A stretch of 64,000 nucleotides of DNA from Eledone cirrhosa (GCA_964016885.1 OZ024744.1:104966001-105030000), one strand, 5' to 3'. Counted from the stretch's first letter, positions 29,601 to 43,364 are shown. Notes: generated by a model not told the origin, from the sequence alone. Translations and numbers: made by a program.

Positions 29601-32600
29601 ACCTGATTGACTATATAGGTGACAATTGTACTGCTGTACCAGTCATTAGGTATGACAACACCTTGTATTACCTGATTGACTATGTAGGTGACAATTGTAC
29701 TGCTGTACCAGTCATTAGGTATGACACTGTCATGTATTACCTGATTGACTATATAGGTGACAATTGTATTGTTGTACCAATCATTTGGTATGACACTGTC
29801 CTGTATTACCTGATAGACTATGTAGGTGCCAATTGTACTGCTGTACCAGTCATTATGTATGACACCACCCTGTATTACCTGATTGACTATGTAGGTGACA
29901 TTTGTACTGCTGTTCCAGTCATTAGGTATGACACTGTCCTGTATTACCTGATTGACTATGTAGGTGACAATTGTACTGCTGTACCAGTCATTTGGTATGA
30001 CACCACCCTGCATTACCTGATTGACTATGTAGGTGACAATTGTACTGCTGTACCAGTCATTAGGTATGACACTGTCCTGTATTACCTGATTGACTATGTA
30101 GGTGACAATTGTACTGCTGTACCAGTCATTGGGTATGAGACTGTCATGTATTACCTGATTGACTATGTAGATGACAATTGTACTGCTGTACCAGTCATTA
30201 GGTATGACACCACCCTGTATTACCTGATTGACTATGTAGGTGACAATTATACTGCTGTACCAGTCATTAGGTATGACACCGTCTTGTATTACCTGATTGA
30301 CTATGTAGGTGACAATTGTACTGCTGTACCAGTCATTAGGTATGACACTGTTCTGTATTACCTGATTGACTATGTAGGTGACAATTGTACTGCTGTATCA
30401 GTCATTAGGTATGACACTGTCCTGTATTACCTGATTGACTATGTAGGTGACACTTGTACTGCTGTACCAGTCATTAGGTATGACACCACCCTGCATTACC
30501 TGATTGACTATGTAGGTGACAATTGTACTGCTGTACCAGTCTTTAGGTATGATACCACCCTGTATTACATGATTGACTATGTAGGTGACAATTGTACTGC
30601 TGTACCAGTCATTAGGTATGACACTGTCCTGTATTACCTGATTGACTATGTAGGTGACAATTGTACTGCTGTACCAGTTATTAGGTATGACACCACCCTG
30701 TATTACCTGATTGACTATACAGGTGACAATTGTACTGCTGTACCAGTCATTATGTATGACACCACCCTGTATTACCTGATTGACTATGTAGGTGACAACT
30801 GTACTGCTGTACCAGTCATTAGGTATGACACCATCCTGTATTACCTGATTGACTTGTAGCTGACAACTGTACTGCTGTACCAGTCATTAGGTATGACACC
30901 ATCCTGTATTACCTGATTGACTATGTAGGTGACAATTGTACTGCTGTACCAGTCATTAGGTATGACACTGTCCTGTATTACCTGATTGACTATGTAGGTG
31001 ACAATTGTTCTGCTGTACATGTCATTAGGTAAGACACCACCCTGTATTACCTGATAGACTATGTAGGTGACAATTGTACTGCTGTACCAGCCATTGGGTA
31101 TGACACCACCCTGTATTACCTGATTGACTATGTAGGTGACAATTGTACTGATGTACCAGTCATTATGTATGACACCACCCTGTATTACCTGATTGACTAT
31201 GGTGACAACTGTACTGTTGTACCAGTCATTAAGTATGACACCACCCTGTATTACCAGATTGACTATGTAGGTGACAATTGTACTGCTGTACCAGTCATTA
31301 AGTATGACACTGTCATGTATTACATGATTGACTATGTAGGTGACAATTGTACTGCTGTACCAGTCATTGGGTATGACACTGTCCTGTATTACCTGATAGA
31401 CTATGTAGGTGAGAATTGTACTGCTGTACCAGTCATTAGGTATGACACCACCCTGTATTACCTGATTGACTATGTAGGTGAAAACTGTACTGCTGTACCA
31501 GTCATTAGGCATGACATTGTCATGTATTACCTGATTGACTATGTAGGTGAGAACTGTACTGCTGTACCAGTCATTAGGCATGACATTGTCCTGTATTACC
31601 TGATTGACTATGTAGGTGACAACTGTACTGCTGTACCAGTCATTAGGCATGACATTGTCATGTATTACCTGATTGACTATGTAGGTGACAATTGTACTGC
31701 TGTACCAGTCATTAGGTATGACACTGTCTTGTATTACATGATTGACTATGTAGGTGATAACTGTACAGCTGTACCAGTCATTAGGTATGACACTGTCCTG
31801 TATTACCTGATTGACTATGTAGGTGAAAACTGTACTGCTGTACCAGTCATTATGTATGACACTTTCATGTATTATCTGATTGACTATGTAGGTGACAAAT
31901 GTACTGCTGTACCAGTCATTAGGTATGACACTGACTTGTATTACCTAATTGACTATGTAGGTGACAACTGTACTGCTGTACCAGACATTAAGTATGACAC
32001 TGTCATGTATTACCTGATTGACTATGTAGTAGACAACTGTCCTGCTGTAGCAGTCATTAGTTATGACACCATCCTGTATTACCTGATTGACTATGTAGGT
32101 GACAATTGTACTGTTCTACCAGTCATTAGGTATGACACCAACCTGTATTACCTGATTGACTATATAGGTGACAACTGTACTGCTGTACCAATCATTGGGT
32201 ATGACACCATCTTGTATTACATGATTGACTATGTAGGTGACAATTGTACTGCTGTACCAGTCATTAGGTATGACACCACCTAGTATTACCTCATTGACTA
32301 TCTAGGTGACAACTGTACTGCTGTACCAGTCATTAGGTATGATACTGTCCTGTATTACCTGATTGACTATGTAGGTGACAATTGTACTGCTGTATCAGTC
32401 ATTAGGTATGACACCACCCTGTATTACCTGATTGACTATGTAGGTGACAACTGTACTGCTGTACCACTCATTAGGTATGACAGCACCCTGTATTAACTGA
32501 TTGACTATGTAGGACACAATTGTACTGCTGTACCAGTCATTAGGTATGACACTGTCATGTATCACCTGATTGACTATGTAGGTGAAAATTGTACTGCTGT

Positions 32601-35600
32601 ACCAGCCATTAGGTACGACACCATCCTGTATTACCTGAGTGACTATGTAGGTGACAATTGTACTGCTGTACCAGTCATTGTGTGTGACACCACCCTGTAT
32701 TACCTGATTGACTATGTAGGTGACAATTGTACTGCTGTACCAGTCATTAGGTATGACACCACTCTGTATTACCTGATTGACTATGTAGGTGACAATTGAA
32801 CTGCTGTACCAGTCATTAGGTATGACACCACCCTGTATTACCTGATTGACTATGTAGGTGACAACTGTACTGCTGTACCAGTCATTAGTTGTGACACCAC
32901 CCTGTATTACCTGATTGACTACGTAGGGGACAATTGTACTGCTGTACCAGTCATTAGGTATAACACCACCCTGTATTACCTGATTGACTATGTAGGTGAC
33001 AACTTTACTGCTGCACCAGTCATTAGGTATGACACTGTCCTGTATTACCTGATTGACTATGTAAGTGACAATTGTACTGCTGTACCAGTCATTAGGTATG
33101 ACACTGTCCTGTATTACCTGATTGACTATGTAGGTGACAACTGTACTGCTGTACCAGTCATTAGGTATGAGACTGTCATGTATTACCTAATTCACTATGT
33201 AGGAGACAATTGTACTGCTGTACCAGTCATTAGGTATGACACCACCCTGTATTACCTGATTGACTATGTAGGTGACAATTCTACTGCTGTACCATTCATT
33301 AGGTATGACACCATCCTGTATTACCTGATTGACTATGTAGGTGAGAACTGTACTGCTGTACCAGTCATTAGGTATGACACTGTCATGTATTACCTGATTG
33401 ACTATGTAGGTGACAAATGTAGTGCTGTACCAGTCATTAGGTATGACACCACCCTGTATTACCTGATTGACTATGTAGGTGACAAGTGTACTGCTGTACC
33501 AGTCATTGGGTATGACACCACCCTATATTACCTGATTGACTATGTAGGTGACAACTGTACAGCTGTACCAGTCATTAGGTATGACACTGTCCTGTATTAC
33601 CTAATTCACTATGTAGGTGACAACTGTACTGCTGTACCAGTCATTAGGTATGACATTGTCATGTATTACCTGATTGACTATGTAGGTGACAATTGTACTG
33701 CTGTACCAGTCATAAGGTATGACACCACCCTGTATTACCTAATTCACTATGTAGGTGACAACTGTACTGCTGTACCAGTCATTAGGTATGACACTGTCCT
33801 GTATTACCTGATTGAGTATGTAGGTGACAACTGTACTGCTGTACCAGTCATTAGGTATGACACCACCCTGTATTACCTGATTGACTATGTAGGTGACAAC
33901 TGTACAGCTGTACCAGTCATTAGGTATGACACTGTCTTGTATTACCTGATTGACTATGTAGGTGACAATTGTACTGCTGTACCAGTCATTAGGTATGACA
34001 CCACCCTGTATTACCTGATTGACTATGTAGGTGAGAACTGTACAGCTGTACCAGTCATTAGGTATGACACTGTCATGTATTACCTGATTGACTATGTAGG
34101 TGACAAATGCACTGCTGTATCAGTCATTAGGTATGACACTGTCCTGTATTACCTAATTGACTATGTAGGTGACAACTGTCCTGCTGTAGCAGTCATTAGG
34201 TATGACACCATCCTGTATTACCTGATTGACTATGTAGGTGACTATTGTACTGTTCTACCAGTCATTAGATATGACACCATCCTGTATTACCTGATTGACT
34301 ATATAGGTGACAACTGTACTGCTGTACCCTCATTGGGTATGACACCGTCTTGTATTACCTGATTGACTATGTAGGTGACAACTGTACTGCTGTACCAGTC
34401 ATTAGGTATGACACCACCCTGTATTACCTGATTGACTATGTAGGTGACAATTGTACTGCTGTACCAGTCATTAGGTATGACACCACCCTGTATTACCTGA
34501 TTGACTATGTAGGTGATAATTGTACTGCTGTACCAGTCATTAGGTATGACACTGTCCTGTATTACCTGATTGACTATATAGGTGACAATTGTACTGCTGT
34601 ACCAGTCATTAGGTATGACACTGTCCTGTATTACCTGATTGACTATGTAGGTGACAATTGTACTGCTGTACCAGTCATAAGGTATGACACCACCCTGTAT
34701 TACATGATTGACTATGTAGGTGACAATTGTACTGCTGTACCAGTCATTAGGTGTGACACCACCCTGTATTACCTGATAGACTATGTAGGTGACAATAGTA
34801 CTTCTGTACCAGTCATTAGTTATGACTCTGTCATGTATTACCTGATTGACTATGTAGGTGACAATTGTACTGCTGTACCAGTCATTGGGTATGAGACTGT
34901 CATGTATTACCTGATTGACTATGTAGATGACAATTGTACTGCTGTACCAGTCATTAGGTATGACACTGTCCTGTATTACCTGATTGACTATGTAGGTGAC
35001 AACTGTACTGCTGTACCAGATTTTAGGTATGATACCACCCTGTATTTCCTGATTGACTATGTAGGTGACAATTGTACTGCTGTACCAGTCATTGGGTATG
35101 ACACCACTCTGTATTACCTGATTGACTATGTAGGTGACAATTGTACTGCTGTGCCAGTCATTGAGTATGACACCACCCTGTATTACCTGATTGACTATGT
35201 AGGTGACAATTGTAATGGTGTACCAGTCATTGGGTATGACACTGTCATGTATTACCTGATAGACTATGTAGGTGACAATTGTACTGCTGTACCAGTCATT
35301 AGGTATGACAATGTCATGTATTACCTGATTGACTATGTTAGTGACAATTGTACTGCTGTACCAGTCATTAAGTATGACACCACCCTGTATTACCTGATTG
35401 ACTATACAGGTGACAATTGTACTGCTGTACCAGTCATTATGTATGACACCACCCTGTATTACCTGATTGAGTATGTAGGTGACAACTGTACTGCTGTACC
35501 AGTCATTAGGTATGACACCATCCTGTATTACCTGATTGACTATGTAGGTGACAATTGTACTGCTGTACCAGTCATTAGGTATGACACAGTCCTGTATTAC

Positions 35601-38600
35601 CTGATTGACTATGTAGGTGACAATTGTACTGCTGTACCTGTCATTAGGTAAGACACCACCCTGTATTACCTGATAGACTATGTAGGTGACAATTGTACTG
35701 CTGTACCAGCCATTGGGTATGACACCACCCTGTTTTACCTGATTGACTATGTAGGTGACAATTGTACTGATGTACCAGTCATTATGTATGACACCACCCT
35801 GTATTACCTGATTGACTATGGTGACAACTGTACTGTTGTACCAGTCATTAAGTATGACACCACCCTGTATTACCAGATTGACTATGTAGGTGACAATTGT
35901 ACTGCTGTACCAGTCATTAGGCATGACACCACCCTGTATTACCTGATTGACTATGTAGGTGACAATTGTACTGCTGTACCAGTCATTAGGTATGACACCA
36001 CCCTGTATTACCTGATTGACTATGTAGGTGAGAACTGTACTGCTGTACCAGTCATTAGGTATGACACTGTCATGTATTACCTGATTGACTATGTAGGTGA
36101 CAAATGTAGTGCTGTACCAGTCATTAGGTATGACACCACCCTGTATTACCTGATTGACTATGTAGGTGACAAGTGTACTGCTGTACCAGTCATTGGGTAT
36201 GACACCACCCTATATTACCTGATTGACTATGTAGGTGACAACTGTCCTGCTGTACCAGTCATTATGTATGACACCACCCTGTATTAACTGATTGACTATG
36301 TAGGTGACAATTGTACTGCTGTACCAGTCATTGGGTATGACACCACCCTGTATTACCTGATTGACTATGTAGGTGACAATTGTACTGATGTACCAGTCAT
36401 TGTGTGTGACACCACCCTGTATTACCTGATTGACTATGTAGGTGACAATTGTACTGATGTACCAGTCATTAGGTATGACACCATTCTGTATTACCTGATT
36501 GACTTTGTAGGTGACAATTGAACTGCTGTACCAGTCATTAGGTATGACACCACCCTGTATTACCTGATTGACTATGTAGGTGACAACTCTACTGCTGTAC
36601 CAGTCATTAGTTGTGACACCACCCTGTATTACCTGATTGACTACGTAGGGGACAATTGTACTGCTGTACCAGTCATTAGGTATAACACCACCCTGTATTA
36701 CCTGATTGACTATGTAGGTGACAACTTTACTGCTGCACCTGTCATTAGGTATGACACTGTCCTGTATTACCTGATTCACTATGTAGGTGACAACTGTACT
36801 GCTGTACCAGTCATTAGGTATGAAACTGTCCTGTTTTACTTGATTGACTATGTAGGTGACAACTGTACTGCTGTACCAGTCATTAGATATGACACCATCC
36901 TGTATTACCTGATTGACTATGTAGGTGACAATTGTACTGCTGTACCAGTCATTAGGTATGACACTGTCCTGTATTACCTGATTCACTATGTAGGTGACAA
37001 CTGTACTGCTGTACCAGTCATTAGATATGACACCATCCTGTATTACCTGATTGACTATGTAGGTGACAATTGTACTGCTGTACCAGTCATTAGGTATGAC
37101 ACTGTCCTGTATTACCTGATTGACTATGTAGGTGACAATTGTACTGCTGTACCTGTCATTAGGTAAGACACCACCCTGTATTACCTGATAGACTATGTAG
37201 GTGACAATTGTACTGCTGTACCAGCCATTGGGTATGACACCACCCTGTATTACCTGATTGACTATGTAGGTGACAATTGTACTGATGTACCAGTCATTCT
37301 GTATGACACCACCCTGTATTACCTGATTGACTATGGTGACAACTGTACTGTTGTACCAGTCACCACCCTGTATTACCAGATTGACTATGTAGGTGACAAT
37401 TGTACTGCTGTACCAGTCATTGGGTATGACACTGTCCTGTATTACCTGATAGACTATGTAGGTGACAATTGTACTGCTGTACCAGTCATTAGGTATGACA
37501 CTGTCCTGTATTACCTGATTGACTATGTAGGTGACAACTGTACTGCTGTACCAGTCATTAGGTATGACACTGTCCTGTATTACCTGATTGACTATGTAGG
37601 TGACAACTGTACAGCTGCACCAGTCATTAGGTATGACACTGTACTGTATTACCTGATTGACTATGTAAGTGACAATTGTACTGCTGTACCAGTCATTAGG
37701 TATGACACTGTCCTGTATTACCTGATTGACTATGTAGGTGACAATTGTACTGCTGTACCAGTCATTAGGTATGACACCACCCTGTATTACCTGATTGACT
37801 ATGTAGGTGACAACTGTACTGCTGTACCAGTCATCAGGTATGACACTGTCATGTATTACCTGATTGACTATGTAGGTGACAAATGTAGTGCTGTACCAGT
37901 CATTAGGTATGACACCACCCTGTATTACCTGATTGACTATGTAGGTGACAAGTGTACTGCTGTACCAGTCATTGGGTATGACACTGTCCTGTATTACCTG
38001 ATTGACTATGTAGGTGACAATTGTACTGCTGTACCAGTCATTAGTTATGACACCACCCTGTATTACCTGATTGACTATGTAGGTGACAATTGTACTGTTG
38101 TACCAGTCATTAGGTATGACACTGTCATGTATTACCTGATTGACTATGTAGGTGACAACTGTTCTACTGTACCAGTCATTAGGTGTGACACCATCCTGTA
38201 TTACCTGATTGACTATGTAGGTGACAATTGTACTGCTGTACCAGTCATTAGGTATGACACTGTCCTGTATTACCTGATTGACTATGTAGGTGACAACTGT
38301 ACTGCTGTACCAGTCATTATGTATGACACCACCCGGTATTACCTGATTGACTATGTAGGTGACAACTGTACTGCTGTACCAGTCATTAGGTATGACACTG
38401 TCCTGTATTACCTGATTGACTATGTAGGTGACAACTGTACTGCTGTACCAGTCATTATGTATGACACCACCCGGTATTACCTGATTGACTATGTAGGTGA
38501 CAACTGTACTGCTGTACCAGTCATTAGGTATGACACAGTCATGTATTACCTGATTGACTATGTAGGTGACAATTGTACTGCTGTACCAGTCATTAGGTAT

Positions 38601-39050
38601 GACACCACCCTGTATTACCTGATTGACTATGTAGGTGACAACTGTACTGCTGTACCAGTCATTGGTTATGACACCACCCTGTATTACCTGATAGACTATA
38701 TAGGTGACAATTGTACTGCTGTACCAGTCATTAGGTATGACACCATCCTGTATTACCTGATTGACTATGTAGGTGACAACTGTACTGCTGTACCAGTCAT
38801 TAGGTATGACACTGTCCTGTATTAACTGATTGACTATGTAGGTGACAACTGTACTGCTGTACCAGTCATTAGGTATGACACTGTCATGTATTACCTGATT
38901 GACTATGTAGGTGACAACTGTTCTACTGTACCAGTCATTAGGTATGACACTGTCCTGTATTACCTGATTGACTATGTAGGTGACAATTGTACTGCTGTAC
39001 CAGTCATTATGTATGACACCACCCCGTATTACCTGATTGACTATACAGGT
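17700..39050. repeat. 69-bp tandem array (about 310 units, ~21.3 kb) derived from the RTE ORF segment VTxIVNQVIQxGVIPNDWxSSxI
   Basis: GGTGACAA recurs at 17761, 17830 and onward (period 69). Unit: AGGTGACAATTGTACTGCTGTACCAGTCATTAGGTATGACAC(TGT/CAC)CCTGTATTACCTGATTGACTATGT. Its minus-strand translation matches VTRIVNQVIQNGVVPKDWRSSI in the LINE ORF at 60992-62872. Confidence 0.98.
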
Positions 39051-39662
39051 TACCAGTTTTGATCTCTTTGATTGCATCTTTGACCCTATAACTGTCAACT
39101 TCAATAGCTGGTCCTTCTGTTAGGTAAGCTGGGGGTAGTCTCTCTCCCACCCATTTATTCACTAATTCATCAATCTCTCATAGTAACATTTCCAGGCCTC
39201 TTTCTTTTGAGCACAAGTAGTGCTAAATGTATCAGCGTAATTTTTAACACACTTTTCCCCAACAACATCCTCATTTACACTGACATACTGGTTTGCAATG
39301 TGGAATATTTCATCTCTCTCAAGACATTGGCGAACTCTCTTTTTTTAGCCTGTCTCCAAGCTGTGTATACCTGTCACCTAGCTTCTCTCTTAGCTACCTG
39401 GTACTGGTCTCTGCTACTCCCATTTTTCCATACTTAATGGCTCTATCTACTATGCTGTTCCACCACCAGGTGTCACCCTTTGTCTGGCTGTTCTTTACTC
39501 CAGCCACAAATCTTGTCAATAGTTTTCAAAAGGTTGTCATGTAAGAATTTCTAGATGTCAACTACATTATATATACCTAGCTAGTCATCCCTCTCATCAA
39601 ATGTATCTCGTAGGGCCTTTTTAAACCTATATTTAACTGAAAGATCCTTTCGTTTCCAAACA
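39051..39662 (-). mobile_element. 5' continuation of the same decayed RTE LINE (region between endonuclease and RT), 5'-truncated
   Basis: Minus-strand peptides TEGPAIEVDSYRVKDAIKEIKTG, KEAWKCYYERLMN and VWKRKDLSVKYRFKKALRDTFDERD are collinear with IEGPAVLVEGSIISKAIKDMKTG, KVAWKCHYERLLN and IWKLKDPTARNKFQSILLDAFDSKE of the 60992-62872 ORF. Confidence 0.88.
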
Positions 39663-39730
39663 CTAAAATAAACAAGGGAAACAACTCATAATAATTGTTT
39701 TGTTTTTTTTTCTAGTATATGTGTGTGTGT

Positions 39731-40125
39731 ATCATCATCATCGTTTAACGTCTATCTTCCACGCTAGCATGGGTTAGACGGGAATTGTCCCATTTGAGGC
39801 AAGATTGGTTGGGTGACCATGTCTCGCTCGTATAGGAATATCTGGCAGGTTTTCTACGGCTGGATGCCCTTCCTAACACCAACCACATTTACAGTGATGA
39901 CTGGGAACTTTTTACCGTGTTACCTACACGGCCACATTACTGTGTGGACTGTGTGTTTTTTTTGTCGTGACACCTACACGACCTCATTAGTTTGGACTGG
40001 ATGTTGTGGTACCAACATAACTTTACAGAGAAAGGGTGGTGTTGGTGGGAGGGTGGAGTAGGGGTAGTGGTATGGGGTTTGTATTTGGTTTGGAGGGACA
40101 TACTGACTGTTGGTTAACTTTGCAC
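39731..40125 (-). mobile_element. 5'-truncated RTE copy, 3' UTR only
   Basis: (CAT)n tail, CCACGCTAGCATGG and GCTGGATGCCCTTCCTAACACCAACCAC blocks are collinear with the 3' UTRs at 57000-57386 and 59420-59930. Confidence 0.85.
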
Positions 40126-40193
40126 GTAGGAAAGGCAAAGTTAACCTACAGTCAGTATATATATATAGATATATATATATATCTATATATATA

Positions 40194-42920
40194 TCATCAT
40201 CACCGTTTTACATCCGTTCTTCCATGCTAGCATGGGTTAGACGAGTTGTCCTGTTGTGGGCAGTGTCTGGTCAGCTGACCATGCCTTGCTCATACGGGAA
40301 CTGATTTGGCTTGATTTCTACAGCTGGATGCCCTTCCTAACACCAACCTCATTTACAGTGAGTGCTGGGTGCTTTTTCTGCCGTGGCACCTCCACGTCCA
40401 CTTTACAGTGTGGGCTGGGTGCTTTTTTGCCGTGGCACATCCACGACCACCTTGCAGTGGGAGGGTGTGGGGGCATATTGTCTATATGCTTCCACTTGTA
40501 CCCATGGGAGGTCGGGTACTCTGTATTACTGCGTGACGCCAGAGGTCACGGTCGTGTGTCATCGCTTTTGAGGTGCAACTGGGTAAGGTCGGCCCCTATC
40601 ATCTCATCCCAGGTCATCTTGGGTCTCCCCACTCCGCGGCTTCCATTGACTTCTAATGCTCTGCACCTTTTTATGCAGCTGTCATCCTTCATACGCATCA
40701 CGTGTCCATACCAACGCCACCGCCTCTCCTCCACACAGCATTTGATTTCTCTTATGCTCAGTCTCTCTCTCAATTGGTTTATGCTTTGTCATTCACGTAT
40801 ATTACTATTACACATCCATCGGAGCATGCAGGCTTCGTTTCTCTCTAATCTACGTAAGTCTTCCACCTTCAGTGCCCAGGTCTCACTACCATGCAACATT
40901 GCTGTTCGGATACACGCATCATGCAGTCTGCCTTTCATTTTGAGGGAGAAGCCTTTTGCAGCTAGCAGTGGCAGTAGTTCCCTGAACTTCTTCCATCCCG
41001 TTCTTACCCTAGTTATTGTACTTTCTGAACACCCACCTCTGCTGCTAATCCGGTCACCTAGGTAGCAGAAGCTGTCTACTGTTTCTACAGAGCCCTCCCA
41101 GAGATTGGTGGTACTTGTTTCCTGTGGCTGTTTGCTGCTTGCTGTCCCAGCACATGTGAAGCCTATATTCTTAATTAAGCTTCCTGAGATCCCACTACAT
41201 CTCCTGTGTACCCATTGTTTGCATTTGGGGCAGAGAATGGAGTTCCTACCTACACCTTTCCTACATACTGAGCAAGGCCATTTCCCTGAGGGGATCTGGG
41301 TTCTGTTTTCTCGTCTATTTACAAGGACCTTAGTCTTTGTCATGTTGACTTTGAGACCCTTTCTTTCTAGTCCCTGCTTCCAAGTTTGGAATTTCTTCTC
41401 TAGTTCTACCATAGATTCAGCTATAAGTGCGAGGTCATCAGCATACAGGAGTTCCCATTGGCATCCAGTCTTAAACTCCTCCGTTATTGCCTGCAGGACT
41501 ATGATGAACAGGAGAGGGCTAAGAACAGAGCCCTGGTAGACACCAACCTGTACGCTAAATTCCTCGCTATACTCATTGCTAATCCTAACTTTGCTGACTT
41601 CTCCCCTATACATGGCTTGTACAACTTTCACAAGCCATTCATCTACTCCTAGTTTTCTAAGAGCCCACCAGATTATAGCACGTGGAACTCTGTCAAAGGC
41701 TTTCTCAAGGTCGACAAATGCCAAGTAGAGTAGCTTACTTTTAGCTAGGTACTTTTCCTGTAACTGCCTCACAAGGAAGAGGGCATCAGTAGTGCTTTTA
41801 CCAGGCACATATTCAAACTGCATCTCATCTAGGTTAACTTAGTCCTTAATCAGCTCTGCTATAACTCTTTCTGTTACTTTCATGACCTGGTCCATCAACT
41901 TTATACCTCTATAGTTTCCTCTATCTAGTGCATCACCTTTACCTTTGTAGCAGTTGACAATGATGCTACTGCACCAATCTTTTGGTATGACACCTAGTAT
42001 TACCTGGTTAACAATACGTTTGGTTATAGTGTGACCTACATACCCAGATTCCTTCAGCATCTCGGCAGCTATACCCGATGGACCGGTTGCCTTCCTCATC
42101 TTCATATCTTTGATTGCCTTACTTACTACGCTGCTGCTGACTTGTACTGCTGGCCCCACTATAGGGTCTACTTGGGGTAGGGTCTCTTCTTCCCATGCAT
42201 TCTCCTCATTTAGTAATCTATCATAATGGCTCTTCCATGCATCTTTCTTCTCAGCACTTGTGAGGGCAAGCTCACCTTTATCATTCCAGATACACTTCTC
42301 TCCAATGACATCACAATTCTCTCTGACACACTGACTCGCAATCTTGAACACCTCCTGCTTCTGGTCCTCACGTTGCAAAACATGCTTGAATTTTCTATCC
42401 TCTGCTTCCCTCCTAGCTAAGTATACTTGTCGCCTAATTTCCCTCTTGGTCTCTATGTAATGTACCCTGCTTCCCCCATTCTTGGTCTTAACTGCCTCAT
42501 CTACCTTATTGTTCCACCACCAAGTCACTCTCCTGTTGCCTGTGGTCTTACTCCAGCCACAGATCTCATCCGTCGCCTCTAGTTACTTATTTTTTAGGAA
42601 CTCCCAGTGCTCTTCTACATTAAATGTCTCTATCTGCTCTTCTTTACTGTCGTAGGCATTGAGTAAAATATCTTTAAATCTGTTACTGGCCGAGGGGTCT
42701 TTCAGCTTCCAGATCTTTCTTCTCCAGGTTGGCTTCTGCTTCCAGGTTCGTCTAGTTCTGACCGTGAGGTCGTTGACAACTAAGCTATGTTAGGAGGTAC
42801 ATTCCTCACTAGGGAAGGCTTTTGTGTTTACGACCATCCATCTGTCACATCCTCTGATGAGAATAAAATCTATCTGACTAGAATGCTCCCCTGATCTATA
42901 GGTGATCAGGTGGTTGTCGG

Positions 42921-42921
<1 letters not shown>
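40194..42921 (-). mobile_element. RTE-clade LINE, 5'-truncated and frameshifted (ORF pieces 41839-42528, 40789-41823, 40546-40773)
   Basis: RT motifs LAFVDLEKAFDRVPR, QGSVLSPLLF and YADD; C-terminal RWRWYGHVMRM...GRPKMTW; (CAT)n tail at ~40194. Flanked by TA-rich repeats on both sides. Confidence 0.95.

Positions 42922-42999
<78 letters not shown>
42922..42999. repeat. (TA)n(GA)n compound microsatellite
   Basis: Read directly from the sequence. Confidence 0.97.
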
Positions 43000-43001
<2 letters not shown>

Positions 43002-43364
43002 CATAGAAAAATGAGAAAACTCAATTCTAGAACAGCTCACAAAACAGTTGTTGGTTGAGAATTAGTCAATATGGTGACAGGCAGATGAAATATAGAAACG
43101 ATTGAGAGAAGAGGATGTCAAGGGAAAGTGTCTTTTTTCCGAGCAGTGACTAGAAGAAATAAATTAAGAAAGGTGATATACAAGACAAGTTTACAGACAC
43201 ACACACTCATGATGATGATGATGATGATGATGACATCTTTATCCTCATCAGCTCTCAAAACCAGGAAAATGTTTTCGCACAATTTAATTGAAACTACCAT
43301 TTTGAAAAGGCTAGATCATTTAACAGAAAACAAATCTATTTATATATAAAAGAGAGATGTTTAT

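Noticed and set aside
1-39050. CRISPR array
   Set aside because: The units are head-to-tail with no unique spacers, there are no cas genes, and the context is eukaryotic.
17700-39050. Diversity-generating retroelement or msDNA-type system (repeats next to an RT)
   Set aside because: The RT is a non-LTR RTE type with an APE endonuclease; variation is not adenine-specific and there is no template/variable repeat pair.
17700-39050. Hammerhead ribozyme or telomeric TTAGG motif within the 69-mer
   Set aside because: CTGATTGA is not CUGANGA and the consensus has no GAAA; TTAGG occurs once per unit as inherited LINE coding sequence.
17617-39104. Long repetitive ORFs read as a real repeat protein (adhesin or structural protein gene)
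   Set aside because: They are translations of a 69-bp LINE-derived satellite, open on both strands, with scattered stops and frameshifts and no gene structure.
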